Part shown: positions 20,605-32,566 of the stretch, piece by piece
Layout: every line of letters begins with the position of its first letter
Position numbering within the stretch: the stretch's first letter is position 1
NCBI GenBank assembly: GCA_049645725.1
Contig: JBARUM010000372.1
Span: 1 to 37,125, forward strand
Reading direction: 5' to 3'
DNA length: 37,125 nucleotides
From: Maribacter sp.
Lineage (GTDB): Bacteria; Bacteroidota; Bacteroidia; Flavobacteriales; Flavobacteriaceae
The notes under the pieces: generated by a model
Told to the model about the DNA's origin: nothing
The model's input: only the letters and a program-made list of their open reading frames with translations
Database searches by the model: none
Translations under genes and position numbers: made by a program

Positions 20605-22851
20605 TTAGCGTATTACGGTGATGGTACCCTGTTTGAGTACTTCACTGGCATTTCTTATTTTATAATAGAACACCATATTTTGTTTGGTAAATGCGGTCGA
20701 CGTTTGCGGCCAGTTATTCTTATAATCAAATTCATTAAGTACTTCCTCTCCGTTATCATTATATATAATAACGTTTACATCCGTTTTGTTGGAATAGGAA
20801 TTCGGAATGATCCATTGGTCATTGATACCATCCCCATTTACAGTTATAACGTTAGGAACTTTAAATGTATCTAAATACAATACTGATATTTGTCTAACAA
20901 TTTCGCAATTATCTATATTAGCTATTAAAGTATATGTACCCTCTTCTGTAAAGGTTACACTATCAGAGGTGCTCATTTCTGCGCTTGAACTATCCATCCA
21001 TCTATAAGCTGTTCCTCCTCTAGCGGTCACGGTACGAGAAGTTCCCTCGGGAATAACAATATCTCCCGCAGGGTCTAAAGTAATCAGGTTCTCGTCTAGG
21101 GGGGAAATAGTAATTTCATTTGAAATTAATGAACATCCATCACGATTTAAAACCAAACGGTATGTTCCTGTTGCGTTTACATCCAATGATTGTCCTGTAG
21201 TACTTACCACAGTCCCATTCCGTTGCCATTCATAACTCTCAGAAGTTAAATCTGTAGTCGTGGTGATAGTTACTATATCACTAGCACTGCAATAAACGCT
21301 GCTGCTACTGGTAATGGCCAAAGTTTCGCTGGTGAGCAACTGCACGGGAAGTGCATTTGTTGTTTCGCTGTAAGAGTCTATACTGGCATTTAAAACGTAA
21401 TCTCCATTTTCTGCGGTCGTCGTCAAGCTGATATTTTTTCCAGATTCTCCTGGAATATCAACACCGTCCTTTTGCCATTGGTATGTAAATGAATCGATCA
21501 AAGCGGTTGTCACATCGGTCCGGGTTCCATCATCGGCGACGGCATTAATAAGTTGTACTTCTAAAACCGCACTTGTGCTTACGCAATCTGTATAGGGGCC
21601 TGCATAGGCAATCGTTATTTCGAACGAGGCAGGTGACACAGCGGTAGTCGTTTCTGAATTTTTTGAAGATATAGCACAAGAACCTCCTGTTTGACTCACC
21701 TCTGCAAAATAGTCGCCGGCTTGAATTATGTCTAGCATGGCATTGGTCTCTCCGGATATTTCAACTCCATTCCTAAACCATTTATAAGTTGGGCTATTTG
21801 CAGTTGTACTTACACTTAATGTTTGAGATTGAGATGGCAACACTACCATATTGGCAGGGTTGTCCCTTGTAACCGTAAATGCGTCCGCATTTGTCATGGT
21901 TACAGCTTCTGAACGCTCGGTACAAATTCCACTTCCAGATATTTCCACAACGTAATCACCTTCAAAACCCGTATTGGAAGCATCCACTGTGTAAGAAGTG
22001 GCAACGGCACCAGCAATGGGATTTCCATCCTTATACCATTGGTAATTCCAGCTAGGATCAGTTGAACTTATAGAAAGTGCTTCCGTATCTGTGCTACACA
22101 GTGCAGTTTTAGAAGGAGCATTAATCGCTATACCAGTCCCTGTAGCTCCAATTGTAACGTCTACAATGTTAGAATCTGTGTTTCCAGATCCCGTGCATAC
22201 GGGACCGTAATCTACAAACGCGTTGTACATACCACTTTGAGAAACATTCAGGGTATGTCCATTTTCTCCAGCAATTTGAGTTCCACTTCTAAACCAAATA
22301 TACTGATAGGTTTCAGGATTGGCTATATTGTCAACCTGCAGCGTTATGGCCCCTGTGGAGCAAACACTTCCAGGAGGCACTCCGTCTCCAGCTTCGCTGA
22401 TGTTAAGATTAGACGTAACATCCATGAAATACATATTGTAGGCAGGTGATTCTGTGCCTAATTTAACAGGGTCGGTACTCCTTACCCGCATTTTGTAGCC
22501 CTGGCCTCTTGTAGTTTCGGGGATTGAAAAATCGATATCAAAATCCATATTGGAATTTCTATCCGTAACTGTAACCAAAGTGGTTGGACTTGCGAAGCTC
22601 CCGTTAGCATCCGAAAGTTCCAGTATAAACGCGTTTCCCGCATTGGCCGTTCCCGCCCATGTTATGTTTACGAAATATTCGTTGAATCCGCCGTTTCCCG
22701 CACAGATGGCAGTCCAGGGAGAATTTCCTGCCAAATTTGGATTGTCGGCTGGTTCAGGAGCATTAATTACAATTGCCTGTGAGCTCAGCTGTAGGAAGCT
22801 GAACAAAAAGAACATTGTTGTTAAGATGTGTTTTGTGTAGTGAGTTTTCAT
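20605..22851 (-). CDS. sprC: SprC-like Ig-repeat protein with T9SS type B C-terminal domain
   Basis: 748 aa with a signal peptide; repeated YQW.KDG..I.G Ig-like modules; C-terminal VPNVITVNGDGINDQW...QGTITVIR; first gene of the spr cluster. Confidence 0.75.
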   Translation of the reverse strand: MKTHYTKHILTTMFFLFSFLQLSSQAIVINAPEPADNPNLAGNSPWTAICAGNGGFNEYFVNITWAGTANAGNAFILELSDANGSFASPTTLVTVTDRNSNMDFDIDFSIPETTRGQGYKMRVRSTDPVKLGTESPAYNMYFMDVTSNLNISEAGDGVPPGSVCSTGAITLQVDNIANPETYQYIWFRSGTQIAGENGHTLNVSQSGMYNAFVDYGPVCTGSGNTDSNIVDVTIGATGTGIAINAPSKTALCSTDTEALSISSTDPSWNYQWYKDGNPIAGAVATSYTVDASNTGFEGDYVVEISGSGICTERSEAVTMTNADAFTVTRDNPANMVVLPSQSQTLSVSTTANSPTYKWFRNGVEISGETNAMLDIIQAGDYFAEVSQTGGSCAISSKNSETTTAVSPASFEITIAYAGPYTDCVSTSAVLEVQLINAVADDGTRTDVTTALIDSFTYQWQKDGVDIPGESGKNISLTTTAENGDYVLNASIDSYSETTNALPVQLLTSETLAITSSSSVYCSASDIVTITTTTDLTSESYEWQRNGTVVSTTGQSLDVNATGTYRLVLNRDGCSLISNEITISPLDENLITLDPAGDIVIPEGTSRTVTARGGTAYRWMDSSSAEMSTSDSVTFTEEGTYTLIANIDNCEIVRQISVLYLDTFKVPNVITVNGDGINDQWIIPNSYSNKTDVNVIIYNDNGEEVLNEFDYKNNWPQTSTAFTKQNMVFYYKIRNASEVLKQGTITVIR

Positions 22852-22921
22852 AATGATGTGTAGTTTTGGGCCCCTACTTGCTATGAATGTTTAAGGTCTT
22901 TCATTTAAACCTAGTATCTAA

Positions 22922-23010
22922 AACAAATATGTTATTAATACCGCGCGTATGGAATTTAATGTTGTGGGGGAGGTTAATTCTGTTGTGAAACGCATTTTAT
23001 ACATGGTGAA
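22922..23010 (-). promoter_or_regulatory. Putative activator-dependent promoter of sprC (copy 2 of a shared module)
   Basis: Degenerate -7 box CATATTTG (22931-22924), GGAATTTAATGTTGT (22951-22965) and TGTTGTGAAA (22981-22990), all at offset 4885 from copy 1. Confidence 0.65.
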
Positions 23011-23044
23011 CCTTTTTTAAACTTAGGGATTACCTCATTTTTGC

Positions 23045-23052
23045 TACTTTTG
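23045..23052 (+). promoter_or_regulatory. -7 promoter box of glnS
   Basis: TACTTTTG matches TAnnTTTG, 19 nt before the ATG; no clean -33 box. Confidence 0.6.
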
Positions 23053-23071
23053 TAGATTCAAAAATTACAAT

Positions 23072-24757
23072 ATGAGCGAGGCATCCAGGTCTTTAAATTT
23101 TATTGAACAAATTATTGAGGAAGATCTAGAGAATGGCTACTCTAAAAAAGAGCTTCGCTTTAGATTCCCACCAGAACCTAATGGCTATTTGCATATTGGC
23201 CATGCAAGCTCCATTTGCCTTAATTTCGGTCTTGGATTACGTTATAACGCCCCTGTAAACCTACGTTTTGACGATACCAACCCAGCCAAAGAAGAACAAG
23301 AATTTGTGGATGCCATAAAAAAGGATGTTGAATGGTTGGGTTATAACTGGGATACCGAACGGTATGCGTCTGATTATTTCCAGCAGCTCTATGATTGGGC
23401 AGTTTTGCTTATTAAAGACGGAAAAGCTTATGTGGATAGCCAATCGTCAGAAGATATGGCACAGCAGAAAGGAACTCCCACTGAACCAGGAAAAGAAGGT
23501 CCTTATCGAAAGCGCTCCATAGAAGAAAACCTAGCGTTGTTCGAAGGAATGAAGAATGGTGATTTTGAGGAAGGGACACATGTGCTTCGTGCTAAAATTG
23601 ATATGCAATCCACCAATATGCTAATGCGAGATCCAATCATGTACCGTATCCTTCATAAAGCACATCACCGTACAAATACCGATTGGTGTATTTACCCAAT
23701 GTACGATTGGACCCATGGTGAGAGCGATTATATAGAGCAAGTATCCCATTCCCTATGTACCTTAGAGTTTTTGCCGCATAGAGAATTATATGATTGGTTT
23801 TTAGATCAAGTTTATGATCCACGAAAAATACGTCCCAAACAAAGGGAATTTGCCCGAAGAAACCTCAGTCACACTGTCGTTAGCAAACGAAAATTAGCCC
23901 AGTTAGTGGAAAGCAAGATTGTGAACGGATGGGATGACCCCCGAATGCCAACAATTTCAGGTTTGCGCAGAAGAGGTTATACGCCAGAGTCTATTCGAAA
24001 TTTTGCAGATACCATAGGTATTGCAAAACGTGAAAACCTTATCGATGTATCTTTACTTGAATTTCATATTCGGGAACACCTTAATAAAATTACCCCTCGG
24101 GTTATGGGTGTACTAGACCCGTTAAAATTGGTAATTGCAAATTATCCCAAAGGACAAGAGGAGTGGCTAGAAGCGGAAAACAGTCCGGAAGATGAAACGG
24201 CCGGTTCCAGACAAGTTCCTTTTTCGGGTGAATTGTATATTGAAAAGGCTGATTTTAAGGAAGAAGCAAATAAGAAATTCTTTCGTTTAAAATTAGGAGG
24301 CGAAGTCCGTCTTAAAAATGGATACATCATAAAAGCGGAAAGTTGCACAAAAGACGCCGAGGGAAATATTACTGAGGTACAGTGCACCTATGACCCTAAA
24401 AGCAAAAGTGGTAGTGGTACGGAAGAAAGCCTTCGTAAAGTTAAAGGAACCTTACATTGGGTTTCTATAAAACATGCCATCCCTGTAGAAGTTAGGTTAT
24501 ATGATCGCCTATTTACGCACGAAAGTCCTGACACCCATAAAGACAAAGAATTTATGGAATTCATAAATCCTAATTCTTTGGAGGTAATCACCGGATACGT
24601 AGAACCTAGCTTAAAAGATGCCAAAACACAAGAACGGTTTCAGTTTCAACGCATTGGATATTTTTGTGTTGATCCGGACACCACTCCGGAAAAACTAGTT
24701 TTTAATAGAACCGTAGGTCTCCGTGATTCTTGGGCTAAAATTCAACAAAAAGAATAA
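23072..24757 (+). CDS. glnS: Glutamine--tRNA ligase
   Basis: RFPPEPNGYLHIGH, RFDDTNP, VVSKRKL, GWDDPRMPTISGLRRRG and FQFQRIGYF motifs. Confidence 0.97.
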   Translation: MSEASRSLNFIEQIIEEDLENGYSKKELRFRFPPEPNGYLHIGHASSICLNFGLGLRYNAPVNLRFDDTNPAKEEQEFVDAIKKDVEWLGYNWDTERYASDYFQQLYDWAVLLIKDGKAYVDSQSSEDMAQQKGTPTEPGKEGPYRKRSIEENLALFEGMKNGDFEEGTHVLRAKIDMQSTNMLMRDPIMYRILHKAHHRTNTDWCIYPMYDWTHGESDYIEQVSHSLCTLEFLPHRELYDWFLDQVYDPRKIRPKQREFARRNLSHTVVSKRKLAQLVESKIVNGWDDPRMPTISGLRRRGYTPESIRNFADTIGIAKRENLIDVSLLEFHIREHLNKITPRVMGVLDPLKLVIANYPKGQEEWLEAENSPEDETAGSRQVPFSGELYIEKADFKEEANKKFFRLKLGGEVRLKNGYIIKAESCTKDAEGNITEVQCTYDPKSKSGSGTEESLRKVKGTLHWVSIKHAIPVEVRLYDRLFTHESPDTHKDKEFMEFINPNSLEVITGYVEPSLKDAKTQERFQFQRIGYFCVDPDTTPEKLVFNRTVGLRDSWAKIQQKE

Positions 24758-24947
24758 AAGCGTTTATCCATTAAATACAAACCTGATTGTGACGAAACGA
24801 CCGGTGTTTTCTATAAGGTATAGTTAAAAGCTATTTTCTTTACCCCGTTATTCTTCTTTACGGCAGCACTCCGTTTAAAATATTGTAAAAAACATGATGT
24901 TTTAGTAGGGAAAGGATAAAATTTTCGTCTTACCCAAAAATCAAAAG

Positions 24948-26228
24948 ATGAAAAAAACACTAACAGTGGTAATTTTCCTGGTGGGATTTATGGTTATCGC
25001 TCAAGAGACCAATATCTCTAAAATAGAGTTCGAAGGGTTAAAAAGGACCAAGGAAACTTTCTTAAAAAGATTGATTAAAACCAAAGAGGGAGCCGTACTG
25101 GACACTTTAAAGATAACCGGAGACGTAGAAAGATTAAAGCGTCTTCCGGGTATTGCAAATGCCAGTTATAAATTCAAAGAAACGGTTAACGGTGCTATTC
25201 TTACCTACTATGTTGAAGAAAACTTTACCCTTATACCGGGACTACGCATTGCTACCGCTAATGATGGCAGCTTTGCTTATCGTATTTCTGCATTCGAGTT
25301 TAATCTTTTTGGAAACAACCAATTGCTAGGGGCTTTCTATGAGAAAAACGTATTCAACTCCTACGGTGCATTTTGGGAGCATCCCTTTCTATTCAGTGAT
25401 AAATTAGGGGTTGGTATTAATTACCAAGATGTTACTACCCAAGAACCTGTTTTCTTTCAAGAAGGGGATAAAAACTATCGTTTTAATTCAAGAAATTTAG
25501 AAGCCAATCTCCTGTTTTCTTTTGACTTTAATAACGAAGCCGAATTGGGCGCCATTTTGGTAAAGGAAAGTTATAATTTTGAAGGTAACGACCCTCCACT
25601 TGCCAATAGGCCTTTAAACCTAAATGCGGACAAACTTATTTACAGGGCCGCTTACCGTTACGTGGATTTAGATATTGAATATCAATATTTAGATGGATTA
25701 CAAAGTGAGTTCACCGGACAATATATACAACTATTAAAAGGAGATTCGCCTGGAGAAGAATTTTTACAAAGCTTTCTTTCCCTTAGAAATGACCTCACCT
25801 ACTACAAAAAAGTTGGTAAAGGCGGTAATTGGGCCAATAGATTACGTTTGGCGGCTGCGATAGGAAATGAGGACTCCCCGTTCGCCCCTTTTACACTGGA
25901 CAATCAACTCAACATTCGTGGTGTGGGAAATACAGTGGATCGCGGCACGGCTGCAATTGTATTGAATACTGAATATAGGTATACCCTTTATGAAAAAGGT
26001 TGGTTTGTAATACAAAGTAATGCCTTTGTTGACGTAGGCTCCTGGAGAAACTCAGGCGAAGATTTTTCCCAACTTTTCGATGGTTCTTCTACTAGATTAT
26101 ATCCTGGCGTGGGCATCCGTTTTATTCATAAACGCATTTTCAATGCGGTCTTTCGTTTGGATTACGGCTTTGGTATTGGTAATGATGCAACTAACGGAAT
26201 CGTTTTTGGTATCGGTCAGTACTTTTAA
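24948..26228 (+). CDS. Omp85/BamA-like outer-membrane protein with a single POTRA domain
   Basis: Signal peptide; POTRA-like ISKIEFEGLKRTKETFLKR...VEE; barrel with NIRG loop motif, NTEYRY and FRLDYGFG; ends in aromatic GQYF. Confidence 0.75.
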   Translation: MKKTLTVVIFLVGFMVIAQETNISKIEFEGLKRTKETFLKRLIKTKEGAVLDTLKITGDVERLKRLPGIANASYKFKETVNGAILTYYVEENFTLIPGLRIATANDGSFAYRISAFEFNLFGNNQLLGAFYEKNVFNSYGAFWEHPFLFSDKLGVGINYQDVTTQEPVFFQEGDKNYRFNSRNLEANLLFSFDFNNEAELGAILVKESYNFEGNDPPLANRPLNLNADKLIYRAAYRYVDLDIEYQYLDGLQSEFTGQYIQLLKGDSPGEEFLQSFLSLRNDLTYYKKVGKGGNWANRLRLAAAIGNEDSPFAPFTLDNQLNIRGVGNTVDRGTAAIVLNTEYRYTLYEKGWFVIQSNAFVDVGSWRNSGEDFSQLFDGSSTRLYPGVGIRFIHKRIFNAVFRLDYGFGIGNDATNGIVFGIGQYF

Positions 26229-26462
26229 ATGGCCTGGTCGCCCCGCATAAACACATAATTCATTGATTTAAACTAATTGGTATATTTAATTGAAGGCAAA
26301 TGCTAAATAATTCCTTTGAACTTTTCTACATGTCACAGCCTTCCCCAATTTAAGAAAACATTAATACGTTACCATTCTTTTTTAACCCATCATTAACGCG
26401 AAAATATTCGCTTTAAGATTAAATTAAGACAAAATAATTATTAATATTTAAAAATAGAAAAT

Positions 26463-26792
26463 ATGTCAAATGATAGTGGAAGTGTATTGTTAGCCTTGTT
26501 GACCGGAGCAGCCATTGGTGCCGGAGTTGGTATTCTATATGCACCTGACAAAGGGACAAAAACACGCAAAAAAATTAAGAAAAAAGCTCTGGAAGCTAAA
26601 GATGAAATCGCTACCCGAGTTGCACAGGCCACAGAAGAGCTTACTAAAACAGCAGAATCCAAAAAAATTGACTTTGAGCAGAAATTAGAGGAGACCATTT
26701 CCAATATGAGCTACAAGGCCGACGATATTATTTTAGGATTGGAAGGTAAATTAGCTGAGTTGAAAAAGAAAAATGCGCAACTGCAGAAATAA
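26463..26792 (+). CDS. YtxH-domain protein
   Basis: LLTGAAIGAGVGILYAPDKGTKTRKKI signature followed by a charged helical region. Confidence 0.88.
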   Translation: MSNDSGSVLLALLTGAAIGAGVGILYAPDKGTKTRKKIKKKALEAKDEIATRVAQATEELTKTAESKKIDFEQKLEETISNMSYKADDIILGLEGKLAELKKKNAQLQK

Positions 26793-26795
26793 TAT

Positions 26796-27146
26796 ATGGC
26801 TTTTGAAGAAGTAAAAGAAAACATCGCAGAAGCTGAGGTCAATTTTAAAGCCTACATTGAACACAGCTCAGAGTATTATAAACTTAAAGGATTCAAATTT
26901 TTGATGAAGGGGATTACCTATGCATCAAAAGCGCTAATGGTTAGTATAGTTGCACTGATGGCGATATTCTTTTTATCTATTGCCGCCTCCTTCGGCTTAG
27001 GGCAACAATTAAATAATAATTTCTATGGATTTCTTATCGTGGGGTTATTTTATGTTCTAATCGGTATAATTCTCTTTCTCCTACGCCATAAGATTGACAA
27101 ACCACTACTTAAAAAGTTCTCTGAATTTTATTTTGATGAATCATGA
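26796..27146 (+). CDS. YqjE/holin-like two-TM membrane protein
   Basis: 116 aa with two long hydrophobic helices (second GFLIVGLFYVLIGIIL); 3 bp after the YtxH gene. Confidence 0.65.
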   Translation: MAFEEVKENIAEAEVNFKAYIEHSSEYYKLKGFKFLMKGITYASKALMVSIVALMAIFFLSIAASFGLGQQLNNNFYGFLIVGLFYVLIGIILFLLRHKIDKPLLKKFSEFYFDES

Positions 27147-27358
27147 AAAAAAGAAATTACACTTCTTTCTCAGAAATAGATAATGACTTAAAAATTCTCT
27201 CACTAGAGCAAGAAGTTGCTAGGGAAAGTATAAAGTATAATTATCAAAATGTTAAAAACAGTATTTACCCGACCAACCTTTTGGGAGGTTTCAGTGGTAT
27301 CGTTCAAAAATTGATTGTTTCTTTGGTAGCTAAAAAAGTGCTGAAGAAATTTAGCTGA
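27143..27358 (+). CDS. Small conserved hypothetical protein (DUF6327-like)
   Basis: 71 aa; Y.SF.EID.DLKIL.L motif; ATGA overlap with the upstream gene. Confidence 0.65.
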   Translation: MKKRNYTSFSEIDNDLKILSLEQEVARESIKYNYQNVKNSIYPTNLLGGFSGIVQKLIVSLVAKKVLKKFS

Positions 27359-27377
27359 AAAGTTTTGATAGCTAAGA

Positions 27378-27409
27378 AAAAGCCCTATTGTAAGTACAAT
27401 AGGGCTTTT
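27378..27409. terminator. Bidirectional intrinsic terminator
   Basis: Perfect inverted repeat AAAAGCCCTATTGTA-ag-TACAATAGGGCTTTT between convergent genes. Confidence 0.9.
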
Positions 27410-27427
27410 CTATATTGGGATATATAA

Positions 27428-28354
27428 CTATTCCTTCTTCTTAACGTTTGTCTTTTTCATGGACTCACCTATCATATTACTTGCCGTAAAAGAAGCAACC
27501 ATATTATTCAGCATGTCACTCCCTGCTTGTGGTGAATTCGGCAAAAGAATGAGATTGGTGTTGGTTTCCTCGCCTATGCTTTGCAAGGTATCGTAATGCT
27601 GAGTTACTACTATTAATGCGGATGCCTCTTGCGAGTTAATACCAACTTTGTTCAACACCTCTACAGATTCTTCCAGGCCACGCGCAATTTCACGACGCTG
27701 ATCAGCGATTCCTTGTCCTTGTAAGCGTTTACTCTCCGCTTCGGCCTTAGCTTTCTCTACAATTAAAATACGAGCGGCATCGCCCTCAAATTGAGCGGCA
27801 ATCTTTTCGCGTTCAGACGCATTAATACGATTCATTGCTGCTTTTACCTGTGCATCCGGGTCAATATCAGTAACCAAAGTCTTGATAATATCAAACCCAT
27901 AATCCGACATGGCGTCGTTTAATTCAGCCTTTACGGCCAATGCGATGTCATCTTTCTTTACAAATACGTCATCCAGTTTCATTTTCGGTACTTCGGCACG
28001 TACCACGTCAAAAACATATGAAGTAATCTGGTCGTGCGGGTAATCCAATTTATAAAAAGCATCATAAACCTTTTCTCGAATAACCTTATACTGAACCGAT
28101 ACTTTAAGACGAACAAAAACATCATCCAGCGTTTTCGTCTCGATTATTACATCCAATTGCTGTATTTTAAGGCTTAGTCTGCCCGCAATACGTTGTACGA
28201 ACGGAATTTTAAACTGAAGGCCAGATTGCCTAATACTGCTAAACCTACCAAAGGTCTCAATAATCGCAGCTGTCTGCTGCTTTACTATAAATACAAAAGA
28301 CAAGATTAACAAGGCCAAGAAAATTATAATCGGAATCCAAATAAAACTACCCAT
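27428..28354 (-). CDS. SPFH/band 7 domain protein
   Basis: N-terminal TM; ETFGRF, ETKTLDDVFV, YVFDVVRAEVP, DIDPD..VK.AMN.IN and AEAESKRLQGQG motifs. Confidence 0.93.
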   Translation of the reverse strand: MGSFIWIPIIIFLALLILSFVFIVKQQTAAIIETFGRFSSIRQSGLQFKIPFVQRIAGRLSLKIQQLDVIIETKTLDDVFVRLKVSVQYKVIREKVYDAFYKLDYPHDQITSYVFDVVRAEVPKMKLDDVFVKKDDIALAVKAELNDAMSDYGFDIIKTLVTDIDPDAQVKAAMNRINASEREKIAAQFEGDAARILIVEKAKAEAESKRLQGQGIADQRREIARGLEESVEVLNKVGINSQEASALIVVTQHYDTLQSIGEETNTNLILLPNSPQAGSDMLNNMVASFTASNMIGESMKKTNVKKKE

Positions 28355-28496
28355 ACTCTAATGATTTAAGTTATTGTTTCAAGTTACAAAAAGGCTGTAT
28401 CATATTAGTAGTATTAAACCTCTAATTGTTACAGCCTTCACTCAATCTGTTAATGACCCTTTAACCATACTAATCCGTTAGGATCACCACGTAACA

Positions 28497-28532
28497 AAAA
28501 AGCACCCCAAGAATAAAGTTGAGGTGCTTTTT
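28497..28532 (-). terminator. Intrinsic terminator downstream of katG
   Basis: AAAAAGCACC(c)CAA...TTG(a)GGTGCTTTTT hairpin with A/T tails, about 20 nt past the katG stop. Confidence 0.8.
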
Positions 28533-28551
28533 GGTATACTCTTAGCAATTC

Positions 28552-30798
<2,247 letters not shown>

Positions 30799-30852
30799 TT
30801 AAGTTTCTAGTATCGTAAATTTATTAAAATGGTAGTGCAATCTGATTGCTTT

Positions 30853-30873
30853 CTCATAGTTATTATCTATGAG
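30853..30873. promoter_or_regulatory. OxyR/LysR-type operator upstream of katG
   Basis: Perfect inverted repeat CTCATAG-N7-CTATGAG containing ATAG-N7-CTAT, about 70 bp upstream of the katG ATG. Confidence 0.65.
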
Positions 30874-30972
30874 CAATGAGTTGTTTTTATATTTCAATCA
30901 TTTAAGAGGAAAAAGAATCATCCTAATTGAATAACTAAAATCTGTCATTCGGTATTTTTGCCAATATTCTTG

Positions 30973-32520
<1,548 letters not shown>

Positions 32521-32566
32521 CTAGGATCTTTCCGGTTTATCAAGAACTAAATGCATTAGAAAATAA

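Noticed and set aside
18037..23010. Shared upstream blocks as an invertible (phase-variable) promoter system
   Set aside because: The copies are in direct, not inverted, orientation, identity is limited to short spaced blocks, and no recombinase is present.
2241..26228. Gln immediately after the predicted signal peptide in SprF, SprB, SprD, SprC and the Omp85-like protein
   Set aside because: Real, but it is the known Bacteroidota Q-rule (pyroglutamate formation); used only as support for the start and cleavage calls.
26796..27146. Holin-like protein as evidence of a prophage
   Set aside because: It sits in a YtxH-linked cellular triad, with no phage genes anywhere in the window.
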